Of a DNA stretch of 64,000 nucleotides, positions 48,483 to 59,677 are shown one piece after another. The notes under the pieces were generated by a model. It did not search any database. It saw nothing but the letters and a program-made list of their open reading frames with translations, and was not told the origin of the DNA. A program made the translations under genes and the position numbers. Origin of the DNA: Phycisphaerales bacterium (GTDB taxonomy: Bacteria; Planctomycetota; Phycisphaerae; WQYP01); NCBI GenBank assembly GCA_013044165.1, contig JABEVB010000161.1, positions 13,451-77,450 on the forward strand. Direction: 5' to 3'. Numbering within the stretch: the first letter of the stretch is position 1; each line of letters opens with the position of its first letter.

Positions 48483-48781
48483 TATGACACGAGCCAAACA
48501 CGCCAGACGGTTTAACAGTGCTGCGGCGGTCAGGCGTCGCTTTGTGGGCAGAGTTTGGGGCCTTTACATCAGCGGCTGCGGAGGCATTGTTAGCACCGCC
48601 AAACGACGACATGATACGGGCGGCGCCATCACCGAAAGCCGCTGATAATGCTTGGGAAGATCAGTCCAACCGGCAACCCTTTCTTTGGTGCTTTGCAATC
48701 ACAAGGTTTGTTTGATCAGACGAAGCAAAATAACGGCATCAAAAGGCAGACACAGTTCATCGAAGCGGCCTGGGCGTTACT

Positions 48782-49309
48782 TTAGAGCGGCTCCTCTCCG
48801 GACGATGCCGCGCCGCCTGAGTCGGCGCTGCGGGTTGCTTCATCTTTGGCGTACAGGTCTCGCATGTGCTGGCACACACGCACAAAATCAGTTCGGTCCT
48901 GGTGGCTTAGCCCGCGCAAAATATAAAGCGATCGCTCCAATCGTCCCTGCTTAAATGTCTCGTAGACGGTGCGGCCGGCTGCGGTAAGCGTGACATCAAT
49001 TTTTCGCTTGTCTTTGGGGTTAAGGGCGCAGGCGATGAGTGGTCGAGGAAAGCCGCCTTCAAGCGAGCGAATAATGCGCGACATCTGCGCGGGTATCACG
49101 CCAAGATAGCGCTGCAGTTCACCCACCGTCTGCCTGTCCTGCCGAATCAGCGAGTCGAGTGTCAGAAACTGCGACTCCGAAAGCTCGGTTTCAGTATCGG
49201 ATGCACGCACGGCCAGACGCTGGCGCCAAGCCATTTTGGTTAGCTCAAAAATTTCGTTGGCCATTCGGGTAAGCGATTCAGAACTCTCGGGTATCAACTG
49301 GGCCATCAT
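48782..49309 (-). CDS. MarR-family transcriptional regulator
   Basis: …LSESQFLTLDSLIRQDRQTVGELQRYLGVIPAQMSRIIRSLE…DKRKIDVTLTAAGR… has the winged-helix MarR layout. ATG 49309 follows GGAG; the ORF extends to TTG 49327. Confidence 0.88.
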   Translation of the reverse strand: MMAQLIPESSESLTRMANEIFELTKMAWRQRLAVRASDTETELSESQFLTLDSLIRQDRQTVGELQRYLGVIPAQMSRIIRSLEGGFPRPLIACALNPKDKRKIDVTLTAAGRTVYETFKQGRLERSLYILRGLSHQDRTDFVRVCQHMRDLYAKDEATRSADSGGAASSGEEPL

Positions 49310-49329
49310 TTTAGCTCCGCAATTCAAAA

Positions 49330-49361
49330 TTTACGACACGTTATTAGTTTACGATTGTAAA
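49330..49361. promoter_or_regulatory. candidate MarR operator
   Basis: TTTACGA occurs twice, 18 bp apart. The second copy forms the inverted repeat TTTAC-gatt-GTAAA. The site is immediately upstream of the MarR gene. Confidence 0.3.
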
Positions 49362-49612
49362 TCAAATGGCAGATAGTGCAAATACGCTTTTTGCCAAAGA
49401 CCGCCTTAACCAGAAGAACCAGTGACGAAGGAGGCCAGCGGTCGTTATGCCGTTGGCGCATTCGCCAAGATGCCGCAGCATGCCGCGACCACCCGCTGCC
49501 ACATATACCAGCAGCCTTCATCTTACAGCAGAACAATTGCCTACTTATTAGTCAATTGACACCCACAGTCCACCCCTGCCCGAATATGATCAGGAATGGC
49601 GAAAGTCACGCA

Positions 49613-49686
49613 AAATAGGCCTATTTAAGGATATTTTTCCATCCATTTCCCTATTTTTTAAGTCCATGCCTATTTGTTGGCATAGG
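49613..49686. promoter_or_regulatory. cluster of AAATAGG/CCTATTT sites upstream of amt-1
   Basis: Perfect 14-bp palindrome AAATAGGCCTATTT (49613-49626), CCTATTT (49650-49656), and CCTATTT-N6-ATAGG (49669-49686). Confidence 0.4.
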
Positions 49687-49886
49687 TTTTGTTTATGTAG
49701 CAGCGATGCTCGGCTTTTAGGCGGATGCCGCAAGCATTGGCCCATTGGGCCTTCACTCCAGAGAGTCGGTGCCGTGGCCACGGCAACCAGCAACTGGAGG
49801 AAAATATCCGCCAGGTTTTTGGGCAAAGTCCCAAGCACAGTCGCGTGGGCGTGTTTGTGCGAACTTTTTTTAAGGAGGCGTATCTT

Positions 49887-51392
49887 ATGCCAACACCGTG
49901 GAAGATGTTTTGGGCCATCCGGCCCCGCAAATGCCTGATAGGTATTTGCGCTATCGCAACCATGCTGATGTTTGTGGCTGCTCCGGCATGGGGCCAGGCA
50001 GCCACCGCTCCGGTAGCAGCCCCCGTCGCTGCTGCCACACAAGCTGCTGCCACAGCCCCGGCGGTGCCGGCGGTTGCGCCCATTGATACCGGTGCAACGT
50101 CGTGGATGCTTGCGTCCACTGCTCTGGTGATGATCATGATGCCCGGCCTCGCACTCTACTACGGCGGTATTGTCCGTAAGAAGAATTTCCTGGCAACCAT
50201 GATGACCTCCTATGCTGCTCTTGGCGTGATTAGCTTGCAATGGTTCCTTGGCGGCTACTCTCTCGCTTTCGGCACAAGTCACCTTCACGGATTCATCGGC
50301 TGGGACAACAGTCGCATGTTTCTTTTGAATTTGTCGCAGCGCACCACAACGGCATTTGCTCCCGGCGGGCAAAACATTCCCGAAGCCGTCTACTCCATGT
50401 TCCAGCTTATGTTTGCCATTATCACCCCGGCCCTCATTGCCGGCTCGGTGGCCGAACGCATGAAGTTCAGCGCATGGGTGGCATTTATTTTCCTCTGGGC
50501 ATACTTTGTTTACGACCCCCTGGCTCACGCCGTATGGAGCCCCGATGGCAACGGCTGGATGACCAACATCGGCACGCTGCTTGGCTCGACCGGTGGAGCT
50601 GTAGACTTTGCCGGTGGAACGGTCGTGCATATTTCGTCCGGTGTGTCGGGTCTGATTTTATGTCTGTTCCTCGGACGCCGCCTTGGCTTCCCCAGACATG
50701 TCATTCAGCCCAACTCGCTGGGCCTTACTCTTACCGGTGCTGGTTTGCTCTGGTTTGGCTGGTATGGCTTTAACGCTGGTTCGGCCAATGGGTCCAACTA
50801 CCTGGCTTGCATCGCCTTTACCAACACCACCATCGCCACCGCTTTGGGCGGCCTGGGCTGGATTACCGCCGAATGGCTCCACCACCGGCGGTCCACTACC
50901 TTGGGCATCGCTTCGGGTTTTGTCGCCGGCCTTGTCGCCATTACCCCCGCATGCGGTTACGTTACAATCTGGTCGGCTCCGATCATCGGCGTGCTCGCTG
51001 GCATCGTCTGCTACTGGGGTGCTCAAATCAAAACCATCTTTGGTTACGATGACGCCCTCGATGCCTTTGGCGTACACGCAGTCGGCGGATTCTTGGGCGC
51101 ACTGCTCACCGGCGTGTTTGCCAGTGCCGCGCTCAACGGTCACGGCGGCCCCAACGGCCTGGTCGAAGGCAACCCCATTCAGGTGCTGTGGCAGTTCCTC
51201 GCCGCGAGCAATGCCGTAATTTACTCGGCAGTTGTAACCGCCATCATTGCCATCGTACTCGATAAAACCATCGGTCTTCGCGTGTCGGAGTCGGTGGAAA
51301 TCGAAGGCCTCGACATCGGCATACATGGCGAAAATGGCTGGGATGTGGGCACGCTGCCCGAACCCGCCATCACGCTGCCGGGAGCCGCTTAA
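49887..51392 (+). CDS. amt: ammonium transporter (Amt family, canonical twin-His)
   Basis: AAGGAGG RBS. Signal-like N-terminus. …MMPGLALYYGG…DFAGGTVVHISSG…FGVHAVGGFLG…. Confidence 0.95.
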   Translation: MPTPWKMFWAIRPRKCLIGICAIATMLMFVAAPAWGQAATAPVAAPVAAATQAAATAPAVPAVAPIDTGATSWMLASTALVMIMMPGLALYYGGIVRKKNFLATMMTSYAALGVISLQWFLGGYSLAFGTSHLHGFIGWDNSRMFLLNLSQRTTTAFAPGGQNIPEAVYSMFQLMFAIITPALIAGSVAERMKFSAWVAFIFLWAYFVYDPLAHAVWSPDGNGWMTNIGTLLGSTGGAVDFAGGTVVHISSGVSGLILCLFLGRRLGFPRHVIQPNSLGLTLTGAGLLWFGWYGFNAGSANGSNYLACIAFTNTTIATALGGLGWITAEWLHHRRSTTLGIASGFVAGLVAITPACGYVTIWSAPIIGVLAGIVCYWGAQIKTIFGYDDALDAFGVHAVGGFLGALLTGVFASAALNGHGGPNGLVEGNPIQVLWQFLAASNAVIYSAVVTAIIAIVLDKTIGLRVSESVEIEGLDIGIHGENGWDVGTLPEPAITLPGAA

Positions 51393-51833
51393 CTTTGGTC
51401 TGTTCTGGGCGGAGCCGCTCGCTGCGGCGCCGGCTCCGCCCTTTGTTTCCTCAACCTTTGACTTATTTTGGAGAAGATTATGAAGTTAATTGTCGCCATC
51501 ATTCAACCTCATCGGCTTGAAGCTGTTAAGCAAGCCCTTATAGAGGTTGAAGTATTTCGACTCACCGTAAGCGATGTGCAGGGCTACGGCCGCCAGAAAG
51601 GCCACACCGAGTATTTTCGGGGCCAGGCCATGCAGGTGAATCTCATTCGCAAGGTCCGCCTTGAAATTGCCGTCAACGATAACTTTCTGCAACCCACCAT
51701 CAACGCCGTTCTCAAGGGCGCCCGCACGGGTACCGGCCCCAAAGGCAATGTGGGTGATGGTAAAATTTTCGTAATGCCACTCGAAAACGTAGTGCGCATC
51801 AGCGATGGCACCATAGGTGGCGAGGCAATATAG
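50097..51833 (+). repeat. amt-glnK module, copy 1 of a diverged tandem duplication
   Basis: Collinear with 52359..54097 at protein level, and visibly at nucleotide level with many synonymous differences. Confidence 0.85.
51480..51833 (+). CDS. glnK: nitrogen regulatory protein P-II (GlnK-type, linked to amt)
   Basis: MKLIVAIIQPHRLEAVKQAL…GYGRQKGHTEYFRGQ…GDGKIFVMP…. 117 aa. Confidence 0.95.
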   Translation: MKLIVAIIQPHRLEAVKQALIEVEVFRLTVSDVQGYGRQKGHTEYFRGQAMQVNLIRKVRLEIAVNDNFLQPTINAVLKGARTGTGPKGNVGDGKIFVMPLENVVRISDGTIGGEAI

Positions 51834-51901
51834 CAGCGACACCGCCTTTGAGACGGTTGTCTCGAAGCCCTGCTTCACATTACTAGTTTACATCTCACCA
51901 A

Positions 51902-51931
51902 GCCGACGTGCTTTGAGCACGTCGGCTTTTT
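51902..51931 (+). terminator. Rho-independent terminator after glnK-1
   Basis: GCCGACGTGC-tttga-GCACGTCGGC followed by TTTTT. Confidence 0.8.
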
Positions 51932-52097
51932 GTGCATAAAATATACGCTTTTTTAAGGCGGCATCTGCATAATTTTTAGGATTATCAATACATTTAGCCT
52001 GATAAAAGGGCCGAAACTCGCCGCATAGCAATTTTTATAAACACAGCACACCTTGAAATGCTCAATATATAAGCTATAACGTTGCCGGAAATGAGCG

Positions 52098-53663
52098 ATG
52101 TCGGCAGTAACACGCCCTTGGCGAGCCTGCGCGGCAGCGTTGGTAGGAGCCTTTTTCATGCAATGTGTTTTTACGAGGGCCAATGCCCTTAAGCGGCGAT
52201 TGGCACTTGGCGGTTGTACCTTCGCCGGCGCAGCGGTCGTACTGCTCGGAACGACATGTCAGGCAGCAGCCCAGGCACCAATTTCATCGGGGGCGCCAAA
52301 GCTGGCAACAACGCTGGCCGCCGCAGCGCAAGCACATGTTGCGCCCAGCCCCGGTGCCACCGCCTGGATGATGGTTTCGGCCGCACTGGTAATGGTCATG
52401 ATGCGCGGCCTGGCGCTATTTTATGGCGGCATTGTCCGTAAAAAGAACCTCCTCGCCATCATGATGACCTCCTATTCCGCACTGGCCATCATTACATTGC
52501 AATGGTTTTTGGGCGGCTATGCCCTGGCTTTTGGCACCAGCCACCTCCACGGCTTTATTGGCTGGGATACCGCCCGGCTGTTTTTTAATAACTTGGCCAA
52601 CCGCGCCACCCATGCCACCGTCTTTGCGCCTGGCGGGCAGGTTATTCCCGAAGGCGCCTACTGCATGTTTCAACTCATGTTTGCCATCATTACACCGGCG
52701 CTTATTGCCGGCTCCGTGGCGGAGAGAATGAAATTCAGCGCCTGGATCGCATTTTTGGTGCTATGGGCTTTTTTGGTTTACGACCCGCTCGCGCACGCAA
52801 TCTGGAGTCCCGATGGACAGGGTTGGATCGCCAATATTGGCCACCTGTTCGGAGCCAAGGGAGGCTGCATAGACTTTGCCGGCGGCACAGTCGTTGAAAT
52901 TCCATCCGGCGTCTCAGGCTTGGTACTCTGCTGGTTTGTCGGAAAGCGGCTCGGCTATCCGCGGCACGTTATTCAACCTAATTCGCTTGGCCTTACACTC
53001 ACCGGCGCCGGCCTGCTCTGGTTTGGCTGGTACGGTTTTAATGTAGGCTCGGCCTACGGCTCCAATACGCTCGCGTGCGTTACGTTCATTAACTCTACCT
53101 TGGCCGCAGCACTCGGAGGCCTCGGCTGGATGATGGCCGAATACATTCATCACCGCCGCCCCACCACGCTGGGCATTGCCACTGGATTTATCGCGGGATT
53201 GGTAGGCATCACGCCCGCATGCGGATTTGTGACCATCTGGGCGGCACCCATCATCGGCCTGCTTGCGGGCGTGGTGTGCTATTGGGGTTCGCAAATTAAG
53301 TCGCTGTTTGGCTACGACGACTCGCTGGATGTTTTTAGCGTGCATGCCATGGGCGGATTCTTAGGACTGCTGCTGACGGGTGTATTTGCCAGTGCGGCCG
53401 TCAACGGGCATGGTGGCCCCAACGGCCTGCTGCTGGGCAACCCGCTGCAACTGCTGTGGCAATTACTTGGTGCGGTCAACGCCGTGGCATACGCCGCCGT
53501 TGGCACCGCCATCATTGCCATCGTCATTGATAAAACAATCGGCCTGCGCGTGCCGGAGGCGGTCGAGCTTGAAGGCCTGGATGTGGGCATCCATGGCGAA
53601 AACGGCTGGGATGTGGGCACGCTGCCCGAACCGGCCATTTCGCTGCCGAGCAATGCGGCATAA
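52098..53663 (+). CDS. amt: ammonium transporter paralog (Glu at first twin-His position)
   Basis: Collinear with amt-1, but reads …MMRGLALFYGG…DFAGGTVVEIPSG (GAA at 52896-52898)…FSVHAMGGFLG…. The start may be ATG 52158 instead. Confidence 0.93.
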   Translation: MSAVTRPWRACAAALVGAFFMQCVFTRANALKRRLALGGCTFAGAAVVLLGTTCQAAAQAPISSGAPKLATTLAAAAQAHVAPSPGATAWMMVSAALVMVMMRGLALFYGGIVRKKNLLAIMMTSYSALAIITLQWFLGGYALAFGTSHLHGFIGWDTARLFFNNLANRATHATVFAPGGQVIPEGAYCMFQLMFAIITPALIAGSVAERMKFSAWIAFLVLWAFLVYDPLAHAIWSPDGQGWIANIGHLFGAKGGCIDFAGGTVVEIPSGVSGLVLCWFVGKRLGYPRHVIQPNSLGLTLTGAGLLWFGWYGFNVGSAYGSNTLACVTFINSTLAAALGGLGWMMAEYIHHRRPTTLGIATGFIAGLVGITPACGFVTIWAAPIIGLLAGVVCYWGSQIKSLFGYDDSLDVFSVHAMGGFLGLLLTGVFASAAVNGHGGPNGLLLGNPLQLLWQLLGAVNAVAYAAVGTAIIAIVIDKTIGLRVPEAVELEGLDVGIHGENGWDVGTLPEPAISLPSNAA

Positions 53664-54097
53664 GCAGCCACCACGGTATATAATAGGCATTATGCGACAG
53701 GTAGCGCCGCCCATGGCGGGGACACATTTTCTGGAGCAAAAACATGAAATGGATTATCGCAATCATTCAACCCTACCGGCTCGAAGCGGTTAAGCAGGCC
53801 CTCATAGATGTTGAGGTATTTCGCCTCACTGTAAGCGATGTGCAGGGCTATGGCCGCCAAAAAGGTCATACCGAATACTTCCGTGGCCAGCCCATGCAGG
53901 TCAACCTCATTCGAAAGGTTCGCCTCGACATTGCCGTCAACGATAATTTTGTAAAGCCCACGATTGACGCCATTCTCAAAGGCGCCCGCACAGGTACGGG
54001 GCCTAAGGGCAATGTGGGGGATGGCAAGATTTTCGTGCTGCCACTGGAAAACGTGGTGCGCATCAGCGATGGCACCATGGGCGGCGAGGCGATATAG
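52359..54097 (+). repeat. amt-glnK module, copy 2 of a diverged tandem duplication
   Basis: Collinear with 50097..51833. Confidence 0.85.
53744..54097 (+). CDS. glnK: nitrogen regulatory protein P-II (second GlnK-type copy)
   Basis: MKWIIAIIQPYRLEAVKQAL…GYGRQKGHTEYFRGQPMQVN…GDGKIFVLP…. 117 aa. Confidence 0.95.
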   Translation: MKWIIAIIQPYRLEAVKQALIDVEVFRLTVSDVQGYGRQKGHTEYFRGQPMQVNLIRKVRLDIAVNDNFVKPTIDAILKGARTGTGPKGNVGDGKIFVLPLENVVRISDGTMGGEAI

Positions 54098-54426
54098 GCC
54101 TCACGGCCGCGTAAATAGCGCCGCAATGACCCCCACTTGCCCCGGGCAGGCTCTCACTCCGGCCTCAAGCCCAAAGCAAGCAAAAAGCACTGGTCACTTG
54201 AGGCAATAATAAATTAAAGTGGCAGCGTCAGAGCCGGCAGGTCCAGCCGCCAAACGTGTAATGGTCTTTATTTGACCGAATTACGAACGCGCGCCACATA
54301 TTGTGCAAGCGGTGAGTTCTAAAAATTGCCCACTGCAAAGGTACTGTTCTTTGGGTACAGCATTCCTGAATCGCCTGGAACTCAAACCGAGTTCCGGCCA
54401 GCAATGAGCACCTTGTGTTTTGATTA

Positions 54427-55365
54427 TCACTTACGGGCGAGAAATCCCATTTTTTTCAGCCAGCGGGCGCAGTCGCCAGTCCATGCGTCTGAATCTTGGC
54501 CGGGACGACCCAATCCAAAGCCGTGGCCGCCAACGTTAAACAGCTTAAAATCGCAGGGGACACCCGCCTTGCGCATCGCGGCGGCAAAGCGAATACTGTT
54601 TTGAATTGGAACGATATTATCATCCCGGGCGCACGTTATAAATGTGGGTGGCGTTGTCGCGTTTACCTGAAGTTCGCTGGAAAAATAGAGCACTTCACTG
54701 TGGGGCGCATGCCTGCCCAACAGATTCCGCCGCGAACCCATATGAGCAATGGACCGCTTCATTGAAATAACCGGGTAACCCAAAACTAAAAAGTCAGGGC
54801 GCGTGCTGAACCGGTTGAGTGGATCGGCGGCATTGGGATTGGCCGGCAACCAGTGCGTTCCCGCCATGGATGCCAAATGCCCTCCTGCCGAAAAGCCCAT
54901 GACGCCGATGCGGTGCGGATCAATGTGCCACTGTTGCGCATGCGCACGAATAATTTGTACCGCACGCCGCACATCCTGCAGCGGCCACGGCACGCCACTC
55001 GGCGGGAGTTTACCCTGCGGCAGACGGTACTTTAGCACAAATGCCGCAACGCCCAGCTTATTCATCCATGCGGCGGGACCATACCCTTCCCACTGCATGA
55101 CCTCTACGGCATAGCCACCACCAGGGCAAATAACAACGGCGGCGCCATTGGCCCTGGCCGCGGGCGCGGGAAAGTACTGCAACGTGGGCCACGCATAACT
55201 GGCCACGGTCTGCTTAGCCTTTGCAACCTTCAAATTCGGAAAAACGGGTATGACTTGCGCTGTTGGCGCAGGCGGCTTGGCTACTGCCACCGCGCTGGAG
55301 CCTGCCGACAGCACACCAGCCAGCAGCAACATAATCCACCGGCACAAATGACGCTTCGCAACCAT
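54427..55365 (-). CDS. alpha/beta hydrolase (esterase/lipase, secreted)
   Basis: Signal peptide. …VVICPGGGY… oxyanion region. Nucleophile elbow MGFSAGGHLA. C-terminal …GGHGFG…. Confidence 0.85.
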   Translation of the reverse strand: MVAKRHLCRWIMLLLAGVLSAGSSAVAVAKPPAPTAQVIPVFPNLKVAKAKQTVASYAWPTLQYFPAPAARANGAAVVICPGGGYAVEVMQWEGYGPAAWMNKLGVAAFVLKYRLPQGKLPPSGVPWPLQDVRRAVQIIRAHAQQWHIDPHRIGVMGFSAGGHLASMAGTHWLPANPNAADPLNRFSTRPDFLVLGYPVISMKRSIAHMGSRRNLLGRHAPHSEVLYFSSELQVNATTPPTFITCARDDNIVPIQNSIRFAAAMRKAGVPCDFKLFNVGGHGFGLGRPGQDSDAWTGDCARWLKKMGFLARK

Positions 55366-55420
55366 AAACTTCTCCTAGAACATTAACTCAACACCAGGCC
55401 CGGCCGCGACCTTTGCCCGC

Positions 55421-55816
55421 CTAACCATCAATGCGCAGCGGGGCTTCCCCCAAATACTCTCTCCCGGCAAACGCCTGTACCGCGTGATTGCCGGGTTTTT
55501 CCACGCGTACCCCGCCGAATACAAAAACCGATTGTTGTGGCAGTGAAGCGTCTAAAAGCGGAGCCGAAGGCATGGGCTTGGAGGCCGTGATTACCTTGCC
55601 ATCCGGATCAATTAATCGTACCTCCAACGGTGTCTGGGCCGAGCCACCCAGCCATGCAACATAGACGCTGAACTGCGGCATCGCCGCCGGAAAGGCCGTC
55701 ATGCGTATGGCATGAAAAATGCCAATAATATTCAGTGAGCTTAATCGCTCGCTGTGCGCTACGACATCGCACATCAGCAGCGCCTGAAGGCTTACAGATT
55801 TAGCGTCAGCGACCAT
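55421..55816 (-). CDS. hypothetical protein (131 aa)
   Basis: Clean ORF with typical codon bias. No motif that I can name with confidence. Confidence 0.55.
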   Translation of the reverse strand: MVADAKSVSLQALLMCDVVAHSERLSSLNIIGIFHAIRMTAFPAAMPQFSVYVAWLGGSAQTPLEVRLIDPDGKVITASKPMPSAPLLDASLPQQSVFVFGGVRVEKPGNHAVQAFAGREYLGEAPLRIDG

Positions 55817-56080
55817 TGCGGGCTTCCTCTATTGGCATGAAACCAGTACTTATAACGAGCCAGCGAGCAAGCAGCCCGGCCAACCACCCGACGCGGCCAA
55901 CTGCAACCGGCCGACCACAATCGTGCGCGGCCATACTCACTTACAGTACGGCACAAAGGTTTTACCCGCAATATCATAGTGCGTAAAGCCGTCAACCCTG
56001 TCGCCGAGCCGCCCAAAATACCGTACGCCAAAAGAGGCAAGGCGGTGCGATCGCCTTGACCATAAGCAGAGCCGCCCGCT

Positions 56081-56122
56081 AAAAGAAAAGCGGAGCGCTG
56101 CAACGTGCCGCAGCGCTCCGCC
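56081..56122 (-). terminator. Rho-independent terminator of ahcY
   Basis: The minus strand reads GGCGGAGCGCTGC-ggcacgt-TGCAGCGCTCCGC followed by TTTTCTTTT. Confidence 0.8.
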
Positions 56123-56163
56123 AAATGATATTACGTCAGATAGAACCCGCTGCCGGGCTGACA

Positions 56164-58519
<2,356 letters not shown>

Positions 58520-58540
58520 CCGGATATAATGATAGTGTAA

Positions 58541-58558
58541 CTTGCCGCGGCAGGCAAG
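58541..58558. promoter_or_regulatory. inverted repeat CTTGCC-N6-GGCAAG in the sahR/manA divergent region
   Basis: Read directly from the sequence. It overlaps the 8-bp palindrome GCCGCGGC. It is the only strong dyad in the 76-bp divergent intergenic region. Confidence 0.3.
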
Positions 58559-58595
58559 CGACTGGGGCACAGCCCCCTGTTTGCAATGAGGCTTT

Positions 58596-59627
58596 ATGTA
58601 TCCGCTTAAGTTCCATCCGGTGTTTCAGGAACGCATCTGGGGTGGCCGCAACCTCGTTGTGGTCCTCGGCCGCCCTGTGCCCGCCTCTCTTCGCAGCCGC
58701 AACGTCGGCGAATCGTGGGAACTTGCCGATTTACCCCCCGGTTCGGTCGGCAGCGACTCAGCCGGAGCCGCCAGCGACGGCAGCCTTTCGAGCACCATTG
58801 GCAACGGCCCTTTGCAGGGGCAGCCGCTGCGCAGGGTGCTTAGCGAGCAAGGCGAAGAAATTTTTGGACCTGCCCAAGCTCCCACCACAGGCTATTTTCC
58901 GCTGCTTATAAAGTTTTTGGATGCGCGCCGAGACCTTTCGGTGCAGGTACACCCCGATGCCGCCTATGTTAAAAGCCATCCCGCAGCGCATCTTAAGAGT
59001 GAAGCATGGTATGTACTTGCCGCCGAGCCGGGCGCAAAAATATACAAGGGCGTTAAACCCGGAGTGGATGCCGCAAGCTTTAAAGCCGCTCTGGCCGATG
59101 GCTCTGTCGCCAATTTGCTCCAAAGCATTGCCGTCAAACCCGGCGACTGCCATTACCTCGCGTCGGGCACGGTGCACGCATTGGGCGCTGGCGTATTGGT
59201 GGCCGAAGTGCAAACCCCAAGCGACACCACCTTTCGCGTGTTTGATTGGAACCGCCTCGGTTCGGATGGCACGCCGCGCAAACTTCACGTGGCCGAGGCG
59301 TTGGAGGTTATCAACTTTGGCGCCCCGGCCGCCGCGCTGCCGCCGCCCGCCGCAACCGCCGACAAGCATTGGCAGAACACACCGCTGGTGCATTGCGAAT
59401 ATTTTACACTTCAGCGACGGTCGCTGGCGTCCGGGGTACAACCACTGCCCACAGGCCGAGCTTTGGTCTGGATTGTGCTCGCCGGACAGGCGCTGCTGCA
59501 GGGCGACAATCAGCCCATCACCGCCATCGCCCCCGGTGAAACGGTGCTGCTGCCCGCCAAACTCAACAATCCACGCGTCAATGTCGTAAGTCCGCTGGTC
59601 ATTTTGGAGGCTGCGTTGCCTCATTAA
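58596..59627 (+). CDS. manA: type I phosphomannose isomerase (class I mannose-6-phosphate isomerase)
   Basis: MYPLKFHPVFQERIWGGRNL…LSVQVHPD…GDCHYLASGTVHALG… shows the cupin metal ligands. Confidence 0.88.
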   Translation: MYPLKFHPVFQERIWGGRNLVVVLGRPVPASLRSRNVGESWELADLPPGSVGSDSAGAASDGSLSSTIGNGPLQGQPLRRVLSEQGEEIFGPAQAPTTGYFPLLIKFLDARRDLSVQVHPDAAYVKSHPAAHLKSEAWYVLAAEPGAKIYKGVKPGVDAASFKAALADGSVANLLQSIAVKPGDCHYLASGTVHALGAGVLVAEVQTPSDTTFRVFDWNRLGSDGTPRKLHVAEALEVINFGAPAAALPPPAATADKHWQNTPLVHCEYFTLQRRSLASGVQPLPTGRALVWIVLAGQALLQGDNQPITAIAPGETVLLPAKLNNPRVNVVSPLVILEAALPH

Positions 59628-59677
59628 CGCTGCGGTATTTACCGGGCTGATAGGGCGTTTACACAACATCATTAATT

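Noticed and set aside
49590-50630. 346-aa minus-strand ORF opposite amt-1, and similar long antisense ORFs opposite tuf (7238..8230), rlmN (21125..21859), the M29 aminopeptidase (15976..16767), the porin (43829..44380) and kdpB (33810..34424)
   Set aside because: Each overlaps a gene with clear family motifs on the other strand. The antisense ORFs show no motifs and have skewed His/Arg/Gly composition.
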